Positions 49,718-59,420 of a DNA stretch of 64,000 bases are shown one piece after another (the first letter of the stretch is position 1; each line of letters starts with the position of its first letter). Source of the DNA: Dehalococcoidia bacterium (lineage in GTDB: Bacteria > Chloroflexota > Dehalococcoidia > UBA2979); NCBI GenBank assembly GCA_965219085.1, contig OZ244720.1, positions 2,496,001 to 2,560,000 of the forward strand. The letters are read 5' to 3'. The notes below the pieces were generated by a model that worked only from the letters and a program-made list of their open reading frames with translations, was not told the origin of the DNA and searched no databases. The position numbers were made by a program, and so were the translations under genes.

Positions 49718-51832
49718 CTACCGTGCTGTCGCTGCGCGGCGCGCTCGCAAATCATCGAGAAACTCCGACCCCGGAGCCACCCCCGTGACCAGGAGGTGGT
49801 CGCGCGCGCGGGTGCAGGCGACGTAGAGGAGATGGCGCTCGGTGTTGTAGACGTCCTCGAGGTCGGCGGTGTCGGCGACAGCCTCGATGCGGGACTGGAG
49901 CGGGATGACCTCGTCGTCGCAGGCGGCTACCACGACGGCGCGGAACTCGAGGCCCTTGGCGAGGTGCATCGTGCCGACGGCGGCGTGGCCCAGCTCGGCC
50001 TCGGCGCCGCCCTCGAGTCCGCCGGCGGTGAGGCCGGACGCTTCGATCGCAGCGCGGGCGCGCTCCAGCTCTGTCTCTGACCGCACGAAGACACCGATCT
50101 CCTCCAGCGGCACGCCCTCCCCCGCCCGCGCCTCGATCCATTCGGCGATGGTCACGGCTTCCTCCTCGACCGTGTCGAGGACAGCGACGGTCGGCTCGGG
50201 GCCGTTGAAGGCAGAGACTGTGCCGCGGCGGATATCTGTGTTGCCGTCCACGTCGCTCATCTCGGGCGGGAGCAGACGGTCAGCCTGGCGGCGGATCTGG
50301 TGCGAGGTGCGGTAGTTGATGCGGAGCGTGCTCGACCGGCCGCGCACGTCGACGCCGAGCGAGAGCCACGAGAACGGCGTCTGGAAGATGCGCTGCCCGA
50401 GGTCGCCAGCGAAGAAGAGGCCGTTCTCGCGCTCGCCCCGCAGGGCCGCGAGGAAGCGGAGTTGCGGGACGCCGATGTCCTGGCTCTCGTCCACGACGAT
50501 GAAGTCGTAGGGACTCGCGCCGGCCCCAGCCGCGCGCTCGGTCGCCGCGGCGAACACGCTGGCGAGGGTGCGGAGGTCGCGCTCGGCGAGTTCGGAGCGG
50601 ACGCGCTCGAAGATCGACCAAAGCAGGACGCGCTGGTTCTCGCCGAGGCGCGTCTTGCGGCCGAGGCGGGCGACGTCGCGATACGCCTCCCACGTCGCGA
50701 GCTGCCAGGCATCGACCACTTCGCGCCACTCGGCCTCGAGGAACCGCTCGCTGAAGCGATGCTCCTCGGCAGCCGCCGACGCCTCATGGAGCAGCGTCCG
50801 CAGCGTCGGTTCGTCCACCAGCCGTGCCGGGCCGAACGCCGCTTCGAATAGCTCGACGCCGACCTGGTCGATGGCGTTCACGGTGATGCGCTCGCGAGCG
50901 GCGTCGCCCCCCACGAGTCGGCCAAGCTTCACGCGGAGTGCGGCCGCGAGCGTGTCGCTGAAGGTGGTGAGCAGCACGCGGGCTTCGGGATGCGTGCGCG
51001 CGAGGTGTACCGCGCGATGAAGCGCGACGACGGTCTTGCCCGTGCCGGCGGACCCGGCGACGCGCGCCGGCCCACTGTAGTCCCGCTCGACGATGGCGCG
51101 CTGGGCCGGGTGAAGGAACACCGTCCACTGCTCCCAGGGGTAGTCGAGGGCGCGCTCCAACTCGGCGGCGTTGTCCATCAGCCGGAACCGGCGCTGCGCG
51201 TCGGGGTGCTCGAAGGGGTCCGCGCCCGCGTCCGCGTGCACCGGCTGCGCCGGAGTGCCGCCGGTGGCCAGTTCCAGCAGCGCCTCCGCGGCCTCGGCCG
51301 GTAGGTGGTCAGCAAGCTCGAAGAGTGTGTCCTCGGTTGCGGCGCGGGCGTCGGCGAGCCATTCGAGCGGCACCCCGTAGCCGAGCAGCGCATCGTCCGT
51401 TACGTGATCGAAGAGGCGCGGCCTGGACCCGAACGTCGCCGGAGCGGGCTCCGCGACGGACTGCTCCGCCGGGACGTAGACCGGGACCTCAACCTCGCGG
51501 ACGGTCTCGCGCACCTCGACGAGTTGGGCGGCGCCGGTGCGTGGGTGGCGCTCGAGAACTCGTCGCTCAGCCCAGCGGTAAGCGGCGTCGTGGTGGTCGG
51601 CGTAGCAGAGCATCAAGCTCGCGTCGGTGCGATGCACGATCAGGCGCAGGTCGCGGCTGATACGTGCGGACCAGAAGCTCTTGTCCTTGCTGCGGTCGAT
51701 GCGATGGAGTTGGATGCCGGGGTTCGCCGGGTTGAGCTGCAGGTCGAAGGCCGTGGTCTTCGCCGCCTTCTGCTCGTCCGCGGTCAATCGGTCGAGGCTG
51801 GCCGTGAACGTGTCGGCTATCCGGAACTCCAT
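49718..51832 (-). CDS. SF1 UvrD-like helicase with an N-terminal RelE-like domain
   Basis: FWSARISRDLRLIVH, Walker A GSAGTGKT, VDESQD, INYRT, KGLEF, YVACTRAR; ATG at 51832. Confidence 0.9.
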   Translation of the reverse strand: MEFRIADTFTASLDRLTADEQKAAKTTAFDLQLNPANPGIQLHRIDRSKDKSFWSARISRDLRLIVHRTDASLMLCYADHHDAAYRWAERRVLERHPRTGAAQLVEVRETVREVEVPVYVPAEQSVAEPAPATFGSRPRLFDHVTDDALLGYGVPLEWLADARAATEDTLFELADHLPAEAAEALLELATGGTPAQPVHADAGADPFEHPDAQRRFRLMDNAAELERALDYPWEQWTVFLHPAQRAIVERDYSGPARVAGSAGTGKTVVALHRAVHLARTHPEARVLLTTFSDTLAAALRVKLGRLVGGDAARERITVNAIDQVGVELFEAAFGPARLVDEPTLRTLLHEASAAAEEHRFSERFLEAEWREVVDAWQLATWEAYRDVARLGRKTRLGENQRVLLWSIFERVRSELAERDLRTLASVFAAATERAAGAGASPYDFIVVDESQDIGVPQLRFLAALRGERENGLFFAGDLGQRIFQTPFSWLSLGVDVRGRSSTLRINYRTSHQIRRQADRLLPPEMSDVDGNTDIRRGTVSAFNGPEPTVAVLDTVEEEAVTIAEWIEARAGEGVPLEEIGVFVRSETELERARAAIEASGLTAGGLEGGAEAELGHAAVGTMHLAKGLEFRAVVVAACDDEVIPLQSRIEAVADTADLEDVYNTERHLLYVACTRARDHLLVTGVAPGSEFLDDLRARRAATAR

Positions 51833-52589
51833 CAGCAGCCTCTGCGGACGTAGTTCACTGAACCAGACAGCGAATCGATGGACTCGGTTGGACGAGTGCC
51901 CCGGACATACACGCAGCGGTAGCCCGGCCAAGCCTGCTTGAGGGCATCAGCGCCATCAATTCGTACGCTACCAGAAGCGCCACCAAGGTCTGCCTTCTTG
52001 TAACGTGGCTGATGGATGACCCGTCCCTTCCGCTGCCCGTTCCTGTCGGATGCGGAGGATCAGGGTGTGAATCGCAGATCGTTCAGTCCTCTCGCTGCAC
52101 CACCGCGCAAGAGTGAGCGCCAGTTCTCGCGAGTCGCCATCCAGAGTGGTCGACACGAAGTATGCCTGGAGGGCTACGGCGCCCATCGCGCCGCTGAGCT
52201 GGGTGTACGTCATTTCTTCGGGCAAGTAGGCGGGAGGCACTGTCCCGGTCTCAACTCCTCCGAATATCCCTGTGAGCTCGTTGAGGTAGAAGTGCGCCAG
52301 TTGTACGGAAAGCGGTGCGTCGACGGGATACGGCCGCTGTCGGATGGTCTCGTAGAGGGCTGTACCCAACTCACGACGCGCGTCGCCAGAGGACAGTGGG
52401 ATGTCCATCGCACGCAGGAAGGCGGGAAGAAAGCCAAGGGAGAGTTGCAATGGGTCATGGTCGAGGTCAGTCATAAAGCCCCTCTCGGGTCTGCCCGGTC
52501 GTTCTCAACGCAAGCAAGGCGGTGCGCTCGTCCGCAGTCAGCCGGGCGAGGCTGGCCGTGAACGTGTCGGCGATGCGGAACTCCATCAG
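51772..52589. repeat. 64-bp imperfect direct repeat of the helicase 5' end (51772-51835 and 52526-52589)
   Basis: 58/64 identical by hand alignment; both encode MEFRIADTFTASL.RLTADE. Confidence 0.9.
51968..52474 (-). CDS. hypothetical protein ending in RPWWRFW
   Basis: 168 aa, GAGGGG RBS, lower GC than its flanks. Confidence 0.7.
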   Translation of the reverse strand: MTDLDHDPLQLSLGFLPAFLRAMDIPLSSGDARRELGTALYETIRQRPYPVDAPLSVQLAHFYLNELTGIFGGVETGTVPPAYLPEEMTYTQLSGAMGAVALQAYFVSTTLDGDSRELALTLARWCSERTERSAIHTLILRIRQERAAEGTGHPSATLQEGRPWWRFW

Positions 52590-55453
52590 TCGACTCGGAA
52601 CACCTTCATCACTTCGTCGCCGAGGTGGTTGATGACCTTCACCGCGATGCGGCCCGACTCCGGCTTGTCGAAGGGGCGCGACGTGTCGCTGTGCAGCGTC
52701 TCCCACGCCTCCTGGTTGATCTCGGCCTTGAGCGTGGTCTTGAGCGCCTTGTACGGGTCGTTCTGGCCGAGGAAGTAGGCGTGACGGACGAAGAAGCTCT
52801 CCTGGTTGTAGTCGGTGTCGATGAACCAGCAGGCGATGCCGTCCGGGCCATCGCTGCGCACCTCGCCCGTGTTCGGGTGGAACACGTCGACGCCATTCAC
52901 GCGCAGCTTGACCTGCCCGGGCTCGGCATCGTCGTCGCCCGACGCGTCGAGGATGTCGATGTCCGGCTCGCCGAAGATGACGAAGAGGTTGCCCTTGCCG
53001 GTGTTCTTCAGATCGCCGGCCATGTGCAGGTCGGCGTTCATCCGCGCCTTGAGGACCGGGACACGTCCGAGCTTGTTGAACTCGGTGGCGTGCGCCTCGT
53101 AGTTGAAGGCGCAGGCGATAAGCACGTCGAAGCCTGCGTCGGCGGCCTCGCGGGCGGCCTCGACGAGGTCGGGGCGCGAGACGGTGCCGAACTCCGGCCC
53201 GATGAAGATGCCGGCGCGCTTCTCGGGGCCCGTGCCGTTGGACCCGGAGCCGCCATCGGCGTAGCGGCCCTCGGCGCAGATCATCTCGCCCGGCCACGGG
53301 GAGACCGAGGAGAACTCGATGCGGTCTTCCTTGTGCGCCTGCTGCACGCCGGCGGTGCTGAGGTGAGCGAGGATCGTGGAACCGAAGTCCTGTGGCTCGC
53401 CGTACGAGCCCGGCGTCTCTGCCACGCCGTCGATGAGCTCATCGTCCTCGTCGAGGCCGAGGACGCGGTGGGGTGAGAGGCTCTCGACCGTGAACGGCCC
53501 GGCCACGCGCACCTTGCGGTTGTCGGTGTACGGCTTGTCGTAGAGATACTCGAAGTCCGCCTTTGCGGCGATGGAGGCGTCGATCTCGCGCTGGCGCGCA
53601 ATGCGCTGCTGCCACCACTGCTCGTGCAGCGCCCGCGCATCGGCCGGCCACCCGTCCTCAGCCTCACGCGGGATCTCCCACTCTTCCCACGACTCGTCGA
53701 GCACTGCATTCAACTCGTCCCGGAGGGGCTCGAGTTTCGTCTGGAACTGCTCCCAGATGACGTCGAGCTCAGCGTTGCTGGCAATGTCGCGAAGCTGGAT
53801 GTGGGGAACGCGTTCATAAACGAAGCCTTGACGAACGTTGTCGAACGATGGAGCGTCGGACGGCTGCCCGCGTGTGATCTCTGCCTCTTTCTGTTTTCCG
53901 TCGGTGCCATCTGTTAGCAAGTAGTAGGGATATCGGGCACCCATGATGCGTACTCGCGCAAGAGCGAGTGCCACACGAGAAGTGTCGACGGTGATCCAGC
54001 GGCGCCCCCACTGCTCTGCGACGTATGCGGTGGTCCCGCTGCCACAGGTAGGATCGAGAACCAGGTCGCCCGGGTCGGTGGTCATGAGTAGACATCGCTG
54101 GACGACCTTCGCAGAGGTCTCGACTACATACCGCTTCTCCGAGGCGAACCCCGCAATCCCCGTATCGCTCCAGACGTTATCTTCATTGAACGCCCTAAAA
54201 TCATCGAAGTAACGAACGTAGTAGAGGCCGGAACGGGTCGCGCTCAGGCGATCTGCCTTCTTGAGCCTCGCCATCCCGGTGGCATTGGTCTTCCATCGGA
54301 CGCGATCCGATGGCTTATAGGTCTTCCCGCGGAAGGCGACCGGGAACCATGACGCGGCCCCTTCGCCCTTCGCCCGACCGACACTCTGGCTTGTGAGGTT
54401 GTCCACCCGAAACACAAGCGCATGTTCGGGCAGCCCGGAGGGATCCGTGAGTTCCGCACGCGTGAGGGGGCGATCAGTGCCATCCGGGAAGCGAGCACGC
54501 TTGTAGGCCGTACCGCCGACGCCCCCCACTTCTTTCGCTTGGAGCGGCTGGCGATACTTCAGGCGCTCACGGTCCTTTGCATAGAAGAGCAGGACATCAT
54601 ATGTGCCTGCCAAGAATTCGGAAGTTGCGCTGGCAGTCTTCGAGAAGACTATCTGCGATACGAAGTTGTGCGAACCGAACACCTCATCCAAGAGAGCCCG
54701 AAGAAGGTGGGAGTTCTCTTCCCCGATCTGCACGAACAGCGAACCTGAATCGTGGAGGAGGTCGCGAGCGATCTCAAGGCGATCGCGCAAGTACGACAGG
54801 TACGAGTGGATGCCGTCGCGCCACGTGTCGCGAAACGCTTTCACCTGTTCCGGCTCGCGCGTGATGTGTTCCGTGTTGCCGTCACGCACGTCGCGGCTCG
54901 CCGTCGACCACTGGAAGTTCGAGTTGAACTTGATGCCGTACGGCGGGTCGATGTAGATGCACTGCACCTTACCGCGCAGACCCTCGCGCTCCGCCAGCGA
55001 GGCCATCACCTGCAGGCTGTCGCCGAGAATCATGCGGTTCGACCAGTTGGCGTCGTGCTCGTAGAAGTCCGTGCGGTCGGCGCCCTCCGGCAGCCCGTTG
55101 AAGTCGGCGAACAGGTCCGCTTGGTACCCGTTCTCGGCGATCGCATCGTCCTTCGCCGCCTGCTCACTCCTCCGCCGCAGGTCGTCGATGAGTACCTTGG
55201 GGTGCACCTTCTCCTGGATGTAGAGCGGCGGCGCCTGCACGACGAGGTCGGCGAGGTCCTGCTCGTCCTTGCCGCGCCAGACGAGCTGCGGGTCGAGGTC
55301 GCGGTTGCGGCGCTCGTATGCCACCTCGATGGGGCTGCGGTCGTCGTCCTCCAGCGCCGCGCTGTACTCGGCGGTGGGGATGTTGGTCCGCTTCGCGTCG
55401 TCGTGGACGATCGTCTCGACCTGCTTGCGGCGGCTCTTCTTCCGACGTGGCAT
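52586..55453 (-). CDS. mod: type III restriction-modification methyltransferase (Mod)
   Basis: NRMILGDSL, YIDPPYG, LDPTCGSGTT, AVKVINHLGDE. Confidence 0.92.
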   Translation of the reverse strand: MPRRKKSRRKQVETIVHDDAKRTNIPTAEYSAALEDDDRSPIEVAYERRNRDLDPQLVWRGKDEQDLADLVVQAPPLYIQEKVHPKVLIDDLRRRSEQAAKDDAIAENGYQADLFADFNGLPEGADRTDFYEHDANWSNRMILGDSLQVMASLAEREGLRGKVQCIYIDPPYGIKFNSNFQWSTASRDVRDGNTEHITREPEQVKAFRDTWRDGIHSYLSYLRDRLEIARDLLHDSGSLFVQIGEENSHLLRALLDEVFGSHNFVSQIVFSKTASATSEFLAGTYDVLLFYAKDRERLKYRQPLQAKEVGGVGGTAYKRARFPDGTDRPLTRAELTDPSGLPEHALVFRVDNLTSQSVGRAKGEGAASWFPVAFRGKTYKPSDRVRWKTNATGMARLKKADRLSATRSGLYYVRYFDDFRAFNEDNVWSDTGIAGFASEKRYVVETSAKVVQRCLLMTTDPGDLVLDPTCGSGTTAYVAEQWGRRWITVDTSRVALALARVRIMGARYPYYLLTDGTDGKQKEAEITRGQPSDAPSFDNVRQGFVYERVPHIQLRDIASNAELDVIWEQFQTKLEPLRDELNAVLDESWEEWEIPREAEDGWPADARALHEQWWQQRIARQREIDASIAAKADFEYLYDKPYTDNRKVRVAGPFTVESLSPHRVLGLDEDDELIDGVAETPGSYGEPQDFGSTILAHLSTAGVQQAHKEDRIEFSSVSPWPGEMICAEGRYADGGSGSNGTGPEKRAGIFIGPEFGTVSRPDLVEAAREAADAGFDVLIACAFNYEAHATEFNKLGRVPVLKARMNADLHMAGDLKNTGKGNLFVIFGEPDIDILDASGDDDAEPGQVKLRVNGVDVFHPNTGEVRSDGPDGIACWFIDTDYNQESFFVRHAYFLGQNDPYKALKTTLKAEINQEAWETLHSDTSRPFDKPESGRIAVKVINHLGDEVMKVFRVD

Positions 55454-55457
55454 GTGC

Positions 55458-55814
55458 TCAGTCCTGTCGCTCGGCTTGCTGCAGCAAGTCGCGTAGTTGG
55501 GGGATCAGGTCGGGGACGCTGCGGGTCACCATCACCCAGATCAGATTGTCATCGACACCGAGGTAGACGTGCATGATCACGTTCCTCGCGCCGACGATGC
55601 TGCGCCAGGGGATGTCTGGGTGCGAGTCACGGACGGACTCGGGGATGTGGGTGGCCGCCTCACCGAGGAGTGCGAGGTTGTGCAGGGTCGCGTAGTAGGT
55701 GCGCGCGTCCGCCGCGAAAGCAGCCTGATCCATCGCGGCGGTGAACTCAGTGACCCGCTCACAGGCTTCCAGCATGTCGCGCACGTAGAGATCCCACGGC
55801 CGGTCCTCAGACAC
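55458..55814 (-). CDS. HepT-like HEPN ribonuclease toxin (DUF86)
   Basis: LGEAA, IPWR, RNVIMHVY (Rx4H plus Tyr). Confidence 0.92.
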   Translation of the reverse strand: MSEDRPWDLYVRDMLEACERVTEFTAAMDQAAFAADARTYYATLHNLALLGEAATHIPESVRDSHPDIPWRSIVGARNVIMHVYLGVDDNLIWVMVTRSVPDLIPQLRDLLQQAERQD

Positions 55815-56112
55815 GAACCGCCTCGGCCTCGACGTACGGGCGCAACTCGGAGCGCAGCGCCTTGTCCGTGACGAGGTCGACGGGCCGGCCCAGCAGGTCC
55901 TCGATGTAGAACTGGACGCCGAAGTAGCAGTCCGGGTCGGTCGGTCGGTCGAAGCTCACGAGGATGTCGACGTCGCTATCGGGCCCGGCCTCGTCGCGTA
56001 CGGTGGACCCGAATAGGGCGAGATCGACCACGCCGAAGCGCTCGGCCATGGCGAGCTTGTGCTCGCGCAGCAGGGCCAGCACCTCGGTCTTCCTGATCGC
56101 CTGTTCAACCAT
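55807..56112 (-). CDS. MNT minimal nucleotidyltransferase antitoxin
   Basis: LFGSTVRDEAGPDSDVDILV (GSx10DxD), VDLVT. Confidence 0.92.
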   Translation of the reverse strand: MVEQAIRKTEVLALLREHKLAMAERFGVVDLALFGSTVRDEAGPDSDVDILVSFDRPTDPDCYFGVQFYIEDLLGRPVDLVTDKALRSELRPYVEAEAVRV

Positions 56113-56145
56113 CCCAGCCCTCCGCGGGTGGACGTGTCCTGTTCT

Positions 56146-59100
56146 CTATCCTGCCACGACCGGGGCGGTGCCTGCGGCGCTCTCGATCATCTTGTCGAAG
56201 TGAGCGTCGATCTCGGCTGCGAGCTCATGCTGCATCGCCCACACATCGGTGAACTCCGCGAACGCCCAGCGGCCATAGGCCCCGAGGTGGTTCACGCCCG
56301 GCACCCAGTAGCTCTCCATCGTCGACTTCTTCTCCTTGGCGTCCTCGCGGCGGTAGCCCTTGATCTCGACAACCAAGTGCAGCAGGTCGTCCTCGCCGCG
56401 CCCATCATCGACGAGCACGATGAAGTCCGGGATGTACCGGCGAGCCTCCGAGCCCCACTGGTACGGAACCTCGAGTCCGAGTCCTTGGTTCTTGACGTAG
56501 GCGCGGACGCGCGGATGCCTCTCGGCGATGCGGCAGAACTCCGCCTCCCAGTCGCTGTCGCAGACGACGTAGTTGACGTGGGACCGGCGCGGATCCGTTC
56601 GCCAGCGCGTCCGCTTCGAGGTGGTGAAGCGCACATGCCGCGTCGAGCCTGAGGCGTTGTAGGGGTCGAGCACGGCCTTGATCGGCCGCTCGCCCAGTAA
56701 CGCACGGTTGATGCCCTGGGTGATCCGCTCGCATGCTGTATCCGCGAGGCTCTGGTACATCAGCTGTGCCGGGTACGTTCCGCCCGTGCAGACGAGGTGC
56801 TGCTCAAGCCACTGGCGCGTGATGCGCTTCAGCTGCCCGAAGAGGTGAAGCTTGGGTTCGCCGCCCGGGTCGCGCCACTTCGTCTCCACCAGCCGGCGCG
56901 CGAGATGAAACTGGAGCGTCGACGGTCGCATGTCACCCGTGTGGACGAGGTTGAGGTCGACACCCTCGCCGATGATGCCCTCGTTGCGAGTGATGGACGG
57001 TCCGATGACTTCGGGCGTCAGCTCGAAGGTGGAGTCATCCGTGAATTCCGCCTCGAGCCGTTCGCTCGGCAGCTCCACCCGGTAGCCCTGGACTCGCGGG
57101 AAGCGGATCTCGAGGTCATCGCGCTCGGGCGAGACCGCGCGCACCTGCACGGTCTCGCGCGGTGGCGTCGGCTTGGCGACGACCGGCTTGGCGGTGAAGT
57201 CGAACGGGATACCGAGGACGTCGGCGTACTCGACATCGAAGCGACCGTCCTCGTTCAGGTCGTAGGACTGCCGGCGCAGCGCCCGACCGATCACCTGCTC
57301 GCAGAGCAGCTGCGTGCCGAAGGCGCGTACGCCGAGCACGTGCGTCACGGTGTTCGTGTCCCACCCCTCGGTCAGCATCGAAACCGACACCACGCAGCGG
57401 ATCGACCCGCCGAGCTGGCCTGGCTTGCCGACGGTGTTCATCACCTCGCGCAGCAGGTCCTGCTCGCTGATCTTGTCGGCCGCCGCGCGGTCGCCCGTGC
57501 GCTGCACCTGCTCGCGGCGGAAGCGCTCGATTTCTTCGGCGGCGGCCTGCCGGAAGTTGCGGTCGAGTCCTTCCCCGGACTCGAGCTGCTGGCTGTCGAT
57601 CAGCAGCGTGTACGGCCGGGGGTACGGGTTGCCGTGCTCGTCGTAGTTCCGGAAGAGCTCGAGGCGCCCGTTCTCAAGGGTGGTCGAGCCATCCTCGTTC
57701 TCCCTGTGGAAGCCGGAGATGTAGTCGTAGACGAGCTTGGATGTCGCCGTGTTGTTGCAGACGACGATGAAGCACGGAGGCGCCTCGGTGTCGGCGTCGT
57801 CCCAGAGCTTGAAGACCTCGGCATAGTGGCCGTAGAGGGCCTCCAGCGCGGTCTGAAGCTCGACGGGGATGCTGAGCGGGTCGAGCTCCCCCGCCCGGCC
57901 CCGGCCCTTCCTCGGCATCTTCCGCCTGATGTGCTCCCAGAGTTCGCGGAACATCGGCATATCGCCGCCAGGAATGTTGTCGGCTACCGGCACCCGCGGG
58001 AGTTTCACGATGCCGCATTCGATGGCGTCAATCAGCGAGAAGTCGCTCATGGTCCACGGAAACAGCGTTCCCTCAGCGTAGCCGGAGCCGCGAAGGAAAA
58101 ACGGCGTCGCCGACAGGTCGAGGACGCGCCGGAGCCTGAGCTTGCGGTTGACTGCCTCCAGGCCGGAGATCCAGAGCCGCGCGGCCTCGCGGTTCTTCTC
58201 GGCCTCCTTCCGGTCGTCGCCCGTGAGCTTCCCCTCGTCGGTCTCGCCGGGCTTCTCGCGGTAGCAGTGATGAGCCTCGTCGTTGAACGCCATGATGCTG
58301 CGCATGCCCATCAGCCCGGGCATCACGCGCTGGAGCATCTGTCCCTCGGTCTCGATCGACTGGATCTCAGGCCCGCGGCCCTGGAGCAGGGAGCGCCCGC
58401 CCCGCGAGAGGTCGAGCGTCTCGCGCAGCTTGAAGGCGTGGTAGTTGGTGATCACGATCCTCGCCTGCTCGAGGTCGCGGAGCATGTCGCGAGGGACGAG
58501 CTCACGGCTCTCGTAGTAGCTGTCGGGGTCGTTCGGTTGAAGGACGCGCAAGCGGTCGCGGATCGTGATGCCGGGCGTGACGACCAGGAACCCTCGCGTG
58601 AAGTTGCGACTGCTCGGGTGCCGTACGGCGTTGACCGTTTGCCAGGCGATGAGCATTGCCATCACCGTGGTCTTGCCTGCTCCTGTCGCGAGCTTCAGCC
58701 CCAACCGGGCAAGGTCGGGATTAGACTGCTCGTTCGCCCACTCAAGGCGCTCCCGGATCTCGATCACCTCGCGCCGACGGCTCTGCGGCGCAACCTCGGT
58801 GAGCCAGATGACGGTCTCCACGGCCTCGACCTGGCAGAAGAATGGCCGGATGTCACTGAAGTCGTGGCGGCGCCAGTGTTTCAGGAGGCGCGCGGTCTCT
58901 GGCGTGACGTTCCAGTCGGATTCGGGAGAGGAGCGCCACCGGTCGACTTCGCGCCTGAGCACGTTGATGGTCGACGTAGGGTCGTACTCCTGATCCTCGG
59001 TGGAGAGGCCCTCCCCTTCGTCGAGAATCATCCGCTGCTGCTGTGCGCGACCGCGCTGCCTCCGAGGCTGCGGGACAGGCGTGATGTACGCCGCTGGCCG

Positions 59101-59214
59101 CCTCTGCTCGGCGATCTGGTTCGTCGGCTGGCGCTCGTCGTCGAGCTCCCAGTGCCGCGCCGGGTACTCGTACGGCGAGTTGAGGACTGGCGATTCGAAG
59201 AAGCGGTCGGTCAT
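56146..59214 (-). CDS. res: type III restriction endonuclease Res subunit
   Basis: ATGAGKT, NDEAHH, LSATP, MLTEGWD, EQVIGRALR, YIPDF...VEIKG; ATG at 59214. Confidence 0.92.
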   Translation of the reverse strand: MTDRFFESPVLNSPYEYPARHWELDDERQPTNQIAEQRRPAAYITPVPQPRRQRGRAQQQRMILDEGEGLSTEDQEYDPTSTINVLRREVDRWRSSPESDWNVTPETARLLKHWRRHDFSDIRPFFCQVEAVETVIWLTEVAPQSRRREVIEIRERLEWANEQSNPDLARLGLKLATGAGKTTVMAMLIAWQTVNAVRHPSSRNFTRGFLVVTPGITIRDRLRVLQPNDPDSYYESRELVPRDMLRDLEQARIVITNYHAFKLRETLDLSRGGRSLLQGRGPEIQSIETEGQMLQRVMPGLMGMRSIMAFNDEAHHCYREKPGETDEGKLTGDDRKEAEKNREAARLWISGLEAVNRKLRLRRVLDLSATPFFLRGSGYAEGTLFPWTMSDFSLIDAIECGIVKLPRVPVADNIPGGDMPMFRELWEHIRRKMPRKGRGRAGELDPLSIPVELQTALEALYGHYAEVFKLWDDADTEAPPCFIVVCNNTATSKLVYDYISGFHRENEDGSTTLENGRLELFRNYDEHGNPYPRPYTLLIDSQQLESGEGLDRNFRQAAAEEIERFRREQVQRTGDRAAADKISEQDLLREVMNTVGKPGQLGGSIRCVVSVSMLTEGWDTNTVTHVLGVRAFGTQLLCEQVIGRALRRQSYDLNEDGRFDVEYADVLGIPFDFTAKPVVAKPTPPRETVQVRAVSPERDDLEIRFPRVQGYRVELPSERLEAEFTDDSTFELTPEVIGPSITRNEGIIGEGVDLNLVHTGDMRPSTLQFHLARRLVETKWRDPGGEPKLHLFGQLKRITRQWLEQHLVCTGGTYPAQLMYQSLADTACERITQGINRALLGERPIKAVLDPYNASGSTRHVRFTTSKRTRWRTDPRRSHVNYVVCDSDWEAEFCRIAERHPRVRAYVKNQGLGLEVPYQWGSEARRYIPDFIVLVDDGRGEDDLLHLVVEIKGYRREDAKEKKSTMESYWVPGVNHLGAYGRWAFAEFTDVWAMQHELAAEIDAHFDKMIESAAGTAPVVAG

Positions 59215-59420
59215 GGATCGCAGTCTATCAGCGGCTGCGAGTACTCGGCGTCTTGCCGCCGCCAGACGCCTCTCCATGAGCAGCATCGGGCCGGCGGTGC
59301 GGGCGTTTCTCACGGAGTTCGGAGTCCCGTCGGATCGCTTTGGCGCGACTCCGAAAGATGCTCAGCAGCAGGAGCCGCCTGAGTCGCAAGGCAACCAGTG
59401 AGCCATCCTCGCGGGCTCGG

